Source of the DNA: Gammaproteobacteria bacterium
GTDB taxonomy: Bacteria; Pseudomonadota; Gammaproteobacteria; Steroidobacterales; XN24
Direction: 5' to 3'
NCBI GenBank assembly: GCA_047921455.1
Contig: JBLRWC010000005.1
Coordinates: forward strand, 13,157-77,156
DNA length: 64,000 nucleotides
The notes beneath the pieces were generated by a model, which was not told where the DNA came from, made no database searches, and saw only the letters and a list, made by a program, of their open reading frames with translations. The position numbers and the translations under genes are program-made. Every line of letters starts with the position of its first letter. Positions within the stretch are counted from its first letter, which is position 1. Positions 19,281 through 28,243 of this stretch are shown in pieces.

Positions 19281-20716
19281 GGCAACACCCCGTTCAGCAG
19301 GGGCAACGCCCAGGGCGCCACGAAACCGAGCGCTACCGCGCCGAGCGCAAGCAGCAGCGCGGTCCACTCCATGGTCGGCGGTACATCATGGCGCTCATGC
19401 TCGTGCGGCGACTTGGTGAAAGCGAACCCGAGCACGCGGAACACGTAGGTGGCCGTCAACATCCCGCCGACAATCATGACGAAAGCCCAGAACCATGCGC
19501 CCTGCGCCATGGCGGCCTGCAGCAACATCCACTTGCCGACGAAACCACCGCTCGGCGGCAGCCCCGCCAGGCTGATACCGGCCAGCGCAAATGCAGCCAG
19601 TGTCAGCGGCATGCGCTCCACGACCCGGTCCAGCTCGGCGATTTCGTCGTGTCCGCCCTGCGTCATGATGCTGCCAGCGGCAAGGAACATCGCGCCCTTG
19701 GCGAGCGCATGCGACAGCGCCAGGTAGATCGAGCCGCCCCAGGCCAGCGCCGGATCGAGGCCGGCCAGCGGGAAAGCGACAAACAGGTAACCGAGCTGCG
19801 CTACCGTGGAGTAGGCGACCAGCAGCTTCAACCGCTTCTGGCGCAACGCCTGGATGGAGCCCCAGAACACGGCGGCCGCGCCGAGTGAACCCAGCAGCAG
19901 CGGCACACCCTGGCCTTCCGGCATAAAGGTGAACCACAGCCGCAGCAGCAGGTAGAACGAAGCCTTGACAACCAGGCCGGAAAGCAAGGCGCTGACCGGC
20001 GCCCGCGCGCTACCGTGGGCCGGCGGCAGCCATACGTGGAAAGGAAATAGCCCGGTCTTGAGCAACAGGCCCGCAATCATCGCGCCCAGCGGCACCGCGA
20101 GGGCCAGGCCACCGTCCGAGCGTTCGCCGAGCAATGCGAGGTCGAGGGTGCCGTAAGCGTGGTACAGCAAGGCCACGCCGACCAGGTAGGCCAGCGAACC
20201 CAGCAGGCTGACCAGCAGGTAGCGCATCGCACCCCACAGCGCCGGGCCGGACCCGGTCAGCGCCACCAGCGCCACGGCCGACAACCCCAGCAATTCCAGC
20301 GTCACGTAGAGGTTGAAGACGTCGCCCGCCTGGAACAGCCCGTTCAGGGCCGCCCAGAGAAACATCCAGAGCGGCCAGAAGCGACGCACTTTGTCGGGCG
20401 AACTCGCCAGGTAAACGCGCGCGTAGATGCTCACGGCGGTGCCAACCACGGCCGTCATGGCGAGCATCAGTACACTCAGACCGTCGGCCAGCAGGTCGAT
20501 GCCCAGCGGCGCGCCCCAGCCGCCCAGCCGGTAGAGCCGGGCGCCGCCGAACGCCACCTGGAGAAGGACGCCGACGACCGAGGCCGTGATCAAAAACGAC
20601 ATGCCCAGCCCGATCGGCATGGCCCGGCGCGGGAACACGAATGCGAGCAGGGCCCCGATCAGCGGCAACGCGATCGTCCACAGCATCCACGGGGCTTCGG
20701 CCAGCCACTCAAGCAT
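19277..20716 (-). CDS. mrpD: Monovalent cation/H+ antiporter subunit D-family protein (set 1, first D)
   Basis: The 479-aa ORF has YVTLELLGLSAVALV, LLLKTGLFPFHVWLPPAHGSARAPVSALLSGLVVKAS and LSHALAKGAMFLAAG. Confidence 0.85.
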   Translation of the reverse strand: MLEWLAEAPWMLWTIALPLIGALLAFVFPRRAMPIGLGMSFLITASVVGVLLQVAFGGARLYRLGGWGAPLGIDLLADGLSVLMLAMTAVVGTAVSIYARVYLASSPDKVRRFWPLWMFLWAALNGLFQAGDVFNLYVTLELLGLSAVALVALTGSGPALWGAMRYLLVSLLGSLAYLVGVALLYHAYGTLDLALLGERSDGGLALAVPLGAMIAGLLLKTGLFPFHVWLPPAHGSARAPVSALLSGLVVKASFYLLLRLWFTFMPEGQGVPLLLGSLGAAAVFWGSIQALRQKRLKLLVAYSTVAQLGYLFVAFPLAGLDPALAWGGSIYLALSHALAKGAMFLAAGSIMTQGGHDEIAELDRVVERMPLTLAAFALAGISLAGLPPSGGFVGKWMLLQAAMAQGAWFWAFVMIVGGMLTATYVFRVLGFAFTKSPHEHERHDVPPTMEWTALLLALGAVALGFVAPWALPLLNGVLP

Positions 20717-20722
20717 CGTGCT

Positions 20723-21052
20723 CTATTGCTCCTCCTCGTCCATGAGGTCGCGCTCCCGATCCTCCGGCAGCGCGGGCTTGCCGGTCGTCCTGGCGATTCC
20801 CAGCACCAGCGCCAACGCCAGCGCGGTCGCGGAAATCGCCACCACGATCCCCGTGATGACCATCGCCTGCGGCACGGGATCCACGGCATCACCGTACATC
20901 GATCCGGTGCCGGCCAGCAGCAGGAATGTACCGCTGCCCATGATGTTGATCGCCAGCACCTTGCGAATCAGGTGCGCGCGCATGACCAGGGCCCAGGCGC
21001 CGATCACCAGCAGTCCGATGCCGGCAAACGCAAACAAGGTCCCCCCGCTCAC
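20723..21052 (-). CDS. mrpC: Cation:proton antiporter subunit C (NuoK-like)
   Basis: The 109-aa, three-TM ORF has LIRKVLAINIMGSGTFLLL and QAMVITGIVVAISATALALALV. It shares an ATGA overlap with the upstream MnhB-like gene. Confidence 0.8.
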   Translation of the reverse strand: MSGGTLFAFAGIGLLVIGAWALVMRAHLIRKVLAINIMGSGTFLLLAGTGSMYGDAVDPVPQAMVITGIVVAISATALALALVLGIARTTGKPALPEDRERDLMDEEEQ

Positions 21053-21735
21053 GGCTCATCCTCCGGCCGGCCGCCGATGAACAGGCCGGCGAGAATGACG
21101 GCAATGGACAGGGTCGCGGCAGTCTCGACCAGCAGGATCAGCGCGCCGGCGTAATCGACCGGGTACTGAAGAAAGCGGCGCCCTGGCGCCATGACGAACA
21201 AGCCGACGCCAAGGAACACGGCGAGGCCGACCACTGCGCCCCAGCGCAGCGACGCATCCGGCACCCGGAGGCGTGGCCGACGGCCCGAGAGAATGTAAAG
21301 CACGCCGGCAGCGGCCAGCACCGCACCGGCCTGGAATGCCCCGCCGGGTTGCGACTTGCCGGCCCAGAGCAGGTACGCGCAAATCATCGGCACCAGCGGG
21401 ATCAGGATGCTGTTCAGTCCCAGCAGCACGGGGCTCGGGGCGGTCTCCTTGATGCGCGGCGCCGGACCGAGCGCCCAGACGCCCACCAGCGCCGCCGTCA
21501 GGACCGCAATTTCAAGCAACGTGTCGTAACCGCGGAAGTTCAGCAAGACAGCGGTCACGGGATTGTCCGCGCCGCTGCGACCGAGCTCGGCCTCGACCAC
21601 GGCCGCCAGCCCAGGGCTGGCGGGTTCAACGAGCAAGGCGAGCCCCATGCCAACCGCCGCGGCCGCGAGCAACAGCGCCACGCCCATGCGCAGGAACAAT
21701 CCCGGCTCACCGAGCGGAGAGCTAGTCGCCATCAT
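21049..21735 (-). CDS. mrpB: Na+/H+ antiporter MnhB-domain subunit
   Basis: The start is placed at ATG 21735/21732 (MMATSSPLG), overlapping the upstream stop by 14 nt. It has the MnhB signature NPVTAVLLNFRGYDTLLEIAVL and GGAFQAGAVLAA. Confidence 0.75.
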   Translation of the reverse strand: MMATSSPLGEPGLFLRMGVALLLAAAAVGMGLALLVEPASPGLAAVVEAELGRSGADNPVTAVLLNFRGYDTLLEIAVLTAALVGVWALGPAPRIKETAPSPVLLGLNSILIPLVPMICAYLLWAGKSQPGGAFQAGAVLAAAGVLYILSGRRPRLRVPDASLRWGAVVGLAVFLGVGLFVMAPGRRFLQYPVDYAGALILLVETAATLSIAVILAGLFIGGRPEDEP

Positions 21736-22024
21736 CGTCCTCCTGCTCTGTCCGCCGCGCTTTGTCGCCACCGGACGCATCGTTGTTGTGCGGCAAGCGC
21801 CCCCAGGTCGCCAGCAACAAGGCGCCGGTCAGGCCTGCGCCGATGGCCGCCTCGGCGAGCGCGACATCCGGCGCGCCGAGCCTTGCCCAGGACATGGCCA
21901 GCACCAGGCCGAAGGCGATAAACAGCACGATGCCGCGGAACAGGTCGCGACTGGCGAGCGCAGCCCATGCCAGCCACAACAGCACGGCCACGAGCAGCAT
22001 GTCGAGCATCGCACCAGCGTTCAT
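21722..22024 (-). CDS. MbhD / DUF4040-like small membrane subunit (equivalent to the MrpA C-terminal region)
   Basis: The 100-aa ORF has LDMLLVAVLLWLAWAALASRDLFRGIVLFIAFGLVLAMSWARLGAPDVALAEAAIGAGLTGALLL. It shares an ATGA overlap with mrpG. Confidence 0.7.
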   Translation of the reverse strand: MNAGAMLDMLLVAVLLWLAWAALASRDLFRGIVLFIAFGLVLAMSWARLGAPDVALAEAAIGAGLTGALLLATWGRLPHNNDASGGDKARRTEQEDDDGD

Positions 22025-22323
22025 GATGCCGTCCAGGGTTTGACGCCCCGGCGCAGGCTGGAGCGTGCGATCAGGTGCGAGGCCGTCGCCCCGGCCAGCA
22101 ACACCAGCATCCAGATCAGCAATAACTTGCCGATCACCGCCAGGGACCCGGCCTGCAGCGCAAGACCCAGCACGGTGAGCCCCAGGCCGACATTATCGGC
22201 CTTCGTCAGGGCATGCAGCCGGCTGTACACATCCGGAAAGCGCAAGAGGCCGAGCGTGCCGGCGAAAAAGAACATCGCCCCACCGACGATCAGCAACGCA
22301 CTGAACCAGTCAATCAGCGACAT
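22021..22323 (-). CDS. mrpG: Monovalent cation/H+ antiporter subunit G
   Basis: The ATG at 22323 is preceded by GGGGAGG. The protein reads MSLIDWFSALLIVGGAMFFFAGTLGLLRFPDVYSRLHALTKADNVGLGL, the classic MnhG/PhaG N-terminus. Confidence 0.8.
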   Translation of the reverse strand: MSLIDWFSALLIVGGAMFFFAGTLGLLRFPDVYSRLHALTKADNVGLGLTVLGLALQAGSLAVIGKLLLIWMLVLLAGATASHLIARSSLRRGVKPWTAS

Positions 22324-22585
22324 CGTCGCCTCCCCGGCTCCAGATCCGTTGCACGAAGGCGACCGCCGCCACTGCCGCCAGCAGCGCGAACACCAGCGCA
22401 ATATCCCGCAACGCCGGTTCGCTCATGGCCTCGGCCAGCAACAGCAGCACCGCCACCGCGGTAGTGCCGAACAACTGCGCGGCAAGCATCCGGTCCGCCG
22501 CCGTGGGCCCGCGCATGACCCGCCACAGCCCCGCGGCAAGGTTGAGCAGCAGGAAGACGGCCACGCCCAGCAGCAGCCCATTCAT
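22310..22585 (-). CDS. mrpF: Monovalent cation/H+ antiporter subunit F
   Basis: The 91-aa ORF has LLNLAAGLWRVMRGPTAADRMLAAQLFGTTAVAVLLLLA, the MrpF/PhaF pattern. Confidence 0.8.
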   Translation of the reverse strand: MNGLLLGVAVFLLLNLAAGLWRVMRGPTAADRMLAAQLFGTTAVAVLLLLAEAMSEPALRDIALVFALLAAVAAVAFVQRIWSRGGDDVAD

Positions 22586-23121
22586 GAGCTGGCCTCCGTC
22601 GCACGCTTGTCTGCCAGTTCGACGCCGAACACCGCGGCAATCCGCGGCTCGAGGTCATGCACCATGGCGCGCAGATCCCTGCGCGTATCCAGCGCGTGGA
22701 TCACCAGCTGGTCGCCCTCGAGGTCCGCGCTGAGCGTGCCGGGCAGCATACTGACGACATTCGCCAACGCCACCCGGCAAGCGCCCGGCGGCAACTGCAA
22801 GCGCTGCCGCAGCACACCGGGGTGCAACGGCATCCGGGGCTGCAGCGCCCGGATCGCCACGTCGGTGGCGCCCACCAGTGACTGGTAGGCGAAAAAGGGT
22901 ATGAAGCGCGCCATGCCGGACAGCGACAGCGGCGGGTTAGCCCACAAGACCAGGCTCAGCCAGGCCGCCAGCAGGACAATCGGCGCGCCGATCAACCAGC
23001 TGTCAGCGGCGCCCCCGGTCAGGATCCACCACAACACGGCGAACGCCACGACGCGCCGCAACCACCCCCGCCAGGCAGGAGGATCTGCCGTTCGTTGGGC
23101 CGGGGACATGTCTGCAGGCAT
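22582..23121 (-). CDS. mrpE: Na+/H+ antiporter subunit E
   Basis: This 179-aa ORF is the first gene of set 1. It has the MnhE pattern (FAVLWWILTGG...VALANVVSMLPGTLSADLEGDQLVIHALD). It shares an ATGA overlap with mrpF. Confidence 0.75.
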   Translation of the reverse strand: MPADMSPAQRTADPPAWRGWLRRVVAFAVLWWILTGGAADSWLIGAPIVLLAAWLSLVLWANPPLSLSGMARFIPFFAYQSLVGATDVAIRALQPRMPLHPGVLRQRLQLPPGACRVALANVVSMLPGTLSADLEGDQLVIHALDTRRDLRAMVHDLEPRIAAVFGVELADKRATEASS

Positions 23122-23163
23122 GGCAGCTCCGGTGTGCTAAGGCTCCGATCAGCCGCGCGGGGG

Positions 23164-23904
23164 TCAGTCGCGCGAGCCCGGGTGGCCAAGAAATCCATTC
23201 AGCCCGGCGGGCAGCTTATGGCCGGCATATTCGTCCAGCACGCGCGTCGCAAAACCGGCGGCTTCCAGGTCAGCCACAACCTCCGCGGCAGGCAACAGGT
23301 CCAGTTCATGGCACTCGTCGTCGCGCCGGAAGAAATCGCCCACCCGCCGAAAGCTCGTGATGCAACGCGTCACGCGGCGCGCTTCCCGGTTTTCCTCGGC
23401 GTTCATCAACAGCACCCAGTCGCCGCCGTCCACATGCGTCTTCAGCGCCTCGCCAGTTTCCACGCGACCCGGCGCGGCCGCGTCGAACAACAACAGGCCG
23501 CCCGGCAACAACGCCGCATGTATGCGCTTGAACAGCGCGCGCAGCTGTTCGCGGGAATTGCTCTCGTCGAAGCGGTAGTTGAAACACTCGCCGACCGCGA
23601 CCACGGCGATACACGGCGGCAACTCCACCGAGAGTAGCGACTCACAGAGAAAACGCCCCTCCGGGACCCGGCGGCGCGCCATTTCAATCATGACCGGGGA
23701 AAGATCCACGCCCAGCACATCGTAGCCGGCGTTCGACACCGCCTCGGCGAGAATCCCGGTTCCGCAACCGAGATCTACGACCAGTCCGCCGCCGGTGCCG
23801 GTCGCGGCCAGATTTTGCAGCAGGACCTCGGCGGCGTTGCGGGCGAGATGCCCGAAGCCGAGGTCATGGATCCAGGACAGGTCTTCCCGGTAGGCATGGT
23901 CCAT
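23164..23904 (-). CDS. Class I SAM-dependent methyltransferase
   Basis: The ATG at 23904 is preceded by GGGGGAGG. It has SAM motif I, VVDLGCGTGILAE, followed by YDVLGVDLSPVMIEMA. Its stop is only 42 nt upstream of the mrpE start of set 1. Confidence 0.75.
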   Translation of the reverse strand: MDHAYREDLSWIHDLGFGHLARNAAEVLLQNLAATGTGGGLVVDLGCGTGILAEAVSNAGYDVLGVDLSPVMIEMARRRVPEGRFLCESLLSVELPPCIAVVAVGECFNYRFDESNSREQLRALFKRIHAALLPGGLLLFDAAAPGRVETGEALKTHVDGGDWVLLMNAEENREARRVTRCITSFRRVGDFFRRDDECHELDLLPAAEVVADLEAAGFATRVLDEYAGHKLPAGLNGFLGHPGSRD

Positions 23905-24084
23905 TCCGATGCGCCTCCCCCGCGCTGGTCGCGGCGGCGTATACACGGGAAATGCCGCCGACGCTAGCGATTATGCTCGCCTGGTTACCGCGAGAATTTG
24001 CTACCCATAATGAACTGCGCGCCATCCGGCCGCGTGCGGGTTTTCCGAAACCCGGTCGTGATCCGGCCGCCAGCCGTCACTGCT

Positions 24085-26727
24085 TCAGAGCAACGCAATG
24101 AACAGTGCCAGCAGCAGGAAGATGGCGGCGATGTTGAGCGCCATGTCACGCGCGTAGCGCTGAATGCCGCGCCGCGTCGACACCACGCCCGGGTCGGTGT
24201 CGAGCGATTCCGAGTGCGGCCACGACGAAGGATGCTGACGCAGCTCCGCAACCGCCAGCCGCGCCATGTCACGCAGCCAGCCGCCGAACGCATCGCGCCG
24301 GCGCCGCGCCAGCCGCGCCGGGATCAGCCCGGGTTCCGTCGCACCGCGTGGCGTGCTGGCCGACCCCGCGCCGTCGGCCATGGCGCGTCCTTCCCGCTCA
24401 ATGACCGGCTCCAGCCGTGCCGATACTGCGCGCACGATGTCTTCACCCCGCCGGCGGGCATCGGCGAGTTCCGCCGCCGCCTTGCTGATGACGCGCCGGG
24501 TAGGCTCGAATTCGCGATGCAACGCGGCAAACGCCGCGCGTGCCGCATCAACACCGCCGCGCCGGGCCTGTTCGTCGAGCCGCTCCAGCCGCGCCTCGAA
24601 TACGCTGCCCGCCAGCAGGCCGGCGAGTGCACGAACGGCTTGGCCCCGGGCTTCCTGCGCGTCTTCGCCCAATGCCTGCCCGGGCGCTGCGGTGCGCCTG
24701 GCCGCGGCCAGCGCGGCCCTGACCGTGGCGTAGCGTTCCTGCTCGAGCGCGCCCCAGGCCGCCTCGAGAAACACCTGCGTCGGCGAATCCGGCAAACCCA
24801 CCAGCAGGTTCTCCACAAGGTGCTGCCGGGTGCGGCCCGCCGCGCCGAGCGTCAGCAAAAAGCGGCGGCGCGCAGCGCGCAGCGCCCACGCGACCCGGTG
24901 CAGAATGCGTCCGTAAACCAGCGTGACGCCGCGGAATGCGGCCAGCGTCAGCTCGCCGAGCAGGCCGCCACTGTCGCGACTCGTGTCCCTGGCGAAAAAC
25001 GCTGCCAGGCTGCCGCCCGCCTGGACCAGCCAATACTGGATACCGAGCCACGGCGGCAGGTGCAGGTGAAACAGCCCGAACTTCATGCCGACCACGAAAA
25101 TCACGCCACCCAGCCCGAACACCAGCAACGACGTCACGATGTCGCCCGCGGAAAGAAAATAGTTCTCCAGGTAGTACGCGACGCCGTCCCCCGCTGTACC
25201 GACCATGGCCAGGCCCGGCGCCACCAGGCTCTCGAGCAGCAGCTGGGGTCGCCAGCCGAGCACGATCACCGGCACACACAGCAGGGCCATCGCGACCAGC
25301 ATGGGCCATGGCGCCTCGCGCACAGACGCCGGCTGTGCCAGCTTCGATCGGCCCAGGAATACCAGGCCGATGAGCTTGATGAACGAGGCGGCCGTGCCGG
25401 CGGCGGTCAGCAAAAAAATATGCTCCGCGAGCCGCCACGAGTCCGCGCCAGTGCCTGTATATGCCGCTTCCAGGGCGTGGTGGATCATGCTCTTGCTGAC
25501 GAAGCCATTGAACAGCGGCAGGCCGGTAATGCCCGCGGCAGCGATCAGCATGAGCAGGAAGGTCAGCGGCATGCGCCGCCAGAGGCCGCCCAGCGCGTAC
25601 ATATCGAGGCTGCCGGCACGAAACGCCACGGCGCCGACGCCAAGGAACAGGCTGGCCTTGAACAGGGCGTGATTCACGGTGTGCAGCAATCCCCCGGCCG
25701 TGCCCATGCCGCCCTCGCCGAGCAGGTAGGCGCCCGCGCCGAGCCCGGCGAGGATGAAGCCCATCTGGCTGATGCTGTGGTACGCCAGCATTCGCTTGGC
25801 ATTCGATTGGCCAAGCGCCAGCACGACGCCGAGCGCCATGGTGACGATGCCAAGCCAGGTGATCACCAGCCCGAACTGCGCAGAGAACGCCCAGGCCGCA
25901 TCGCCATAGCTGGTGCCGTGCGGCGGCGTGAACAACGCGGACAAGCTGCGGAAGATGCCGTAGGCGCCGGCCTTGATCATCACGCCGGACAACAGGGCGC
26001 TCGCCGGCGACGGCGCCACCGGGTGCGCGTTCGGCAACCAGAAGTGCACCGGCACCATGCCGGCCTTGACGCCAAAGCCGATCACCAGCAAGGCCGCAGC
26101 AGCGCCACGATAGCCGCTCACCTCGCCCAGCGGCGGCGGCGGCGGCGAGGCCAGCGGGCCGCCGCCCATGGCGTATACCAGCATGATGCCGGCGAGCAAC
26201 GCGATGCCCCCGAGCAGGGTCATCCAGAAATACTGGATGCCGGCGCGGAGCGCAGCCGGCGTGCCGGTATGCACCACCAGCAGGAAGGCGACCAGGCCGA
26301 GGGTTTCAAAGCACAGGAAGAGGGTCATGAGGTTGCCGGCCAGCACCACGCCGAGCATGGCCGCCAGCACCACGAGGCTGACCGCGTGGTAGCGGTCGCG
26401 CGCGCCCTGGGTCCGCATATAGGCCAGCGAGTAGAGCGTGGCGCAGAACCAGACGAAGGCGCTGAACAGCGCAAATAACGCGCCGAGCGGATCGGCGACA
26501 AACTCGAGCCGCCCGGCCAGCAACGGCACGCTGGCCTCGAGCCGGCCTGCACCCATGACCCGCAGCGCCAGCACGATGGTCGCCAGCAGGCTCGTACCGG
26601 TGACCAGCATCACCCAGCCGTCGCGCAGCCGCTCGGAACGTCGCCCCAGCCAGGGGACGAGCAGCGCGCCCACGATTGGCCAGGACACCAGCACAAGCAA
26701 CAGGGGCGCGTGGGTCATCGTCGCCAT
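24085..26727 (-). CDS. Antiporter-like subunit (NuoL/MrpA-like) with a C-terminal region of about 300 aa: a roughly 280-aa soluble stretch plus a terminal TM anchor; set 2, last gene
   Basis: The start is ATG 26727 or 26718, just after the upstream stop at 26735. The N-terminal ~600 aa carry FLCFETLGLVAFLLV, GFGVKAGMVPVHFWLPNAHPVAPSPASALLSGVMIKAG and TVNHALFKASLFLGVG. ORF residues ~608-890 are Ala/Arg/Glu-rich with no TM segment. The protein ends MALNIAAIFLLLALFIALL. Confidence 0.8.
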   Translation of the reverse strand: MATMTHAPLLLVLVSWPIVGALLVPWLGRRSERLRDGWVMLVTGTSLLATIVLALRVMGAGRLEASVPLLAGRLEFVADPLGALFALFSAFVWFCATLYSLAYMRTQGARDRYHAVSLVVLAAMLGVVLAGNLMTLFLCFETLGLVAFLLVVHTGTPAALRAGIQYFWMTLLGGIALLAGIMLVYAMGGGPLASPPPPPLGEVSGYRGAAAALLVIGFGVKAGMVPVHFWLPNAHPVAPSPASALLSGVMIKAGAYGIFRSLSALFTPPHGTSYGDAAWAFSAQFGLVITWLGIVTMALGVVLALGQSNAKRMLAYHSISQMGFILAGLGAGAYLLGEGGMGTAGGLLHTVNHALFKASLFLGVGAVAFRAGSLDMYALGGLWRRMPLTFLLMLIAAAGITGLPLFNGFVSKSMIHHALEAAYTGTGADSWRLAEHIFLLTAAGTAASFIKLIGLVFLGRSKLAQPASVREAPWPMLVAMALLCVPVIVLGWRPQLLLESLVAPGLAMVGTAGDGVAYYLENYFLSAGDIVTSLLVFGLGGVIFVVGMKFGLFHLHLPPWLGIQYWLVQAGGSLAAFFARDTSRDSGGLLGELTLAAFRGVTLVYGRILHRVAWALRAARRRFLLTLGAAGRTRQHLVENLLVGLPDSPTQVFLEAAWGALEQERYATVRAALAAARRTAAPGQALGEDAQEARGQAVRALAGLLAGSVFEARLERLDEQARRGGVDAARAAFAALHREFEPTRRVISKAAAELADARRRGEDIVRAVSARLEPVIEREGRAMADGAGSASTPRGATEPGLIPARLARRRRDAFGGWLRDMARLAVAELRQHPSSWPHSESLDTDPGVVSTRRGIQRYARDMALNIAAIFLLLALFIALL

Positions 26728-26734
26728 CTCGTGA

Positions 26735-28231
26735 TCATCCGGCACCGAAGAACACGGCCGCGGCGCGCACGGCCAGCGACAACGGCAGCCCCGGCGTCGC
26801 CGCCGCGATGCCAAGCAACAGGCTCAGCAGGGTAGCGACCAGCAAGGGAATCAGCATGCTGCGCGGCGCCTCGGGCCGCTGCGGCGTCGGCGCGTCCGCT
26901 GCCGGGGCATGGAAATAAGCCAGCCACACCGGTTGCAGCAGGTACAGGGCCGCCAGCAACGCCCCGCCCAGCAGGACCAGCAACACCAGCGGGTGTCCGG
27001 CCTCGAGCATGCCGACGCCCAGTACCCACTTGCTGATGAAACCGGACAGTGGCGGCACGCCGACGATCCCCAGCGCGGCGACGCTGAACGCGGCCATGGT
27101 AAGCGGCATGCGACGTGCCGCGCCCGCCATCTCCGAAACCCTGCGGATGCCCGCCTGGCTCGCCAGCAGGCCGGCGCAGAAAAACAGCGCGCCCTTGAGA
27201 AAGGCATGGTTGCTGATGTGCACCAGCGCGCCGCTCGTCACGTGCGGCGAGAGCAGCGAGATCGCCATCACGACATAGGCCATCTGGCTGATCGTGGACC
27301 AGGCCAGCCGGCGCTTCAGGTCGTCCTCGCCGGCCGCGAGGATGGCCGCCAGCAATACCGACACGGCCGCGACGCCCGTCAGGACGGGCATGACGCCCAG
27401 CAGCGACACGAGGCCGACACCGAATACCTCGAACACGACCCGCAGGATGCCGAAGCAACCCGTCGCGACCATCACGCCGGACAGCAGCGCCGAAAACGAG
27501 GCCGGCGCGGCCGGGTGCACGTCGGGCACCCAGCCGTGCAACGGCATCAACGCCGCCTTGACGCCGAAGCCCACCACCAGGCACCAGAAGGTGACCATGA
27601 GCAGCGTCCGGTCGGTGTCCGGGTCGAGCATGCCGCCGGGAGTGAACGGCTGGTCGCCGGCGAGGAAGAACGCAAAGATGACGCCCAGCAGAACCAGGCT
27701 GCCGCCGACCAGGATGTAAACGATGTACTTCGTACCCGCGCGGATGGCCTCGGGCGTCTCCTCGTGGACCACCAGCGGGTAGACCAGGATTGAGAACAGC
27801 TCGTAAAAGACCAGCAAGGTAATGAGATTGCCGGCAAAGGCGACGCCGAGCATCCAGCCGAGGCTCAGCATGAAAAACGCGTAGTAGCGGGTCTCGTGGC
27901 CATCGCGTCGCAGGTAACCGACCGAATACACCAGCGCGAGCAGGAACAGCACCGACACCGTGGCGGCAAACAAAGCTCCCATGGCGTCCACACGCAGGTA
28001 AAGCTGCACCTGCGGTGCAAAGTGCACCAGCGCCACCGCGCGGACTTCGCCCGCCAGCGCGCCTGGCACGAGGGAGAAGACCCCCAGCATTGTCGCGCAG
28101 CAGAGCGTGCCGAGCACGGCCAGCCTGCGCCGCTCGCCGTAGCGACGCAGCGGCAGCGCCAGCACCCCGCCGAGCAGGGGCAGCGCCACGACCAACGCCG
28201 GCAGCAGGCTGATCAGGGTGGTCGATGTCAT
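26735..28231 (-). CDS. mrpD: Monovalent cation/H+ antiporter subunit D-family protein (set 2, third D)
   Basis: The 498-aa ORF has LLVFYELFSILVYPLV, GFGVKAALMPLHGWVPDVHPAAPASFSALLSGVMVATG and ISNHAFLKGALFFCAG. Confidence 0.85.
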   Translation of the reverse strand: MTSTTLISLLPALVVALPLLGGVLALPLRRYGERRRLAVLGTLCCATMLGVFSLVPGALAGEVRAVALVHFAPQVQLYLRVDAMGALFAATVSVLFLLALVYSVGYLRRDGHETRYYAFFMLSLGWMLGVAFAGNLITLLVFYELFSILVYPLVVHEETPEAIRAGTKYIVYILVGGSLVLLGVIFAFFLAGDQPFTPGGMLDPDTDRTLLMVTFWCLVVGFGVKAALMPLHGWVPDVHPAAPASFSALLSGVMVATGCFGILRVVFEVFGVGLVSLLGVMPVLTGVAAVSVLLAAILAAGEDDLKRRLAWSTISQMAYVVMAISLLSPHVTSGALVHISNHAFLKGALFFCAGLLASQAGIRRVSEMAGAARRMPLTMAAFSVAALGIVGVPPLSGFISKWVLGVGMLEAGHPLVLLVLLGGALLAALYLLQPVWLAYFHAPAADAPTPQRPEAPRSMLIPLLVATLLSLLLGIAAATPGLPLSLAVRAAAVFFGAG

Positions 28232-28243
28232 ACGCTCATTCCC

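Noticed and set aside
24036-24054. The hairpin CGGGTTT-tccg-AAACCCG between the last set-2 gene and the methyltransferase, considered as an intrinsic terminator.
   Set aside because: There is no U-tract on the relevant (minus) strand after the stem, so it cannot be called a terminator from sequence alone. The same applies to the GCGGCA-agac-TGCCGC hairpin at 42628-42643 after trxA.
23998-26478. An 826-aa plus-strand ORF, the longest ORF on that strand in the region.
   Set aside because: It is antisense to the 909-aa antiporter-like ORF. The translation is extremely Arg/Gln/His/Pro/Ala-rich with no motifs or TM pattern, which is typical of a shadow ORF in high-GC DNA. The opposite strand carries clear Proton_antipo_M motifs.
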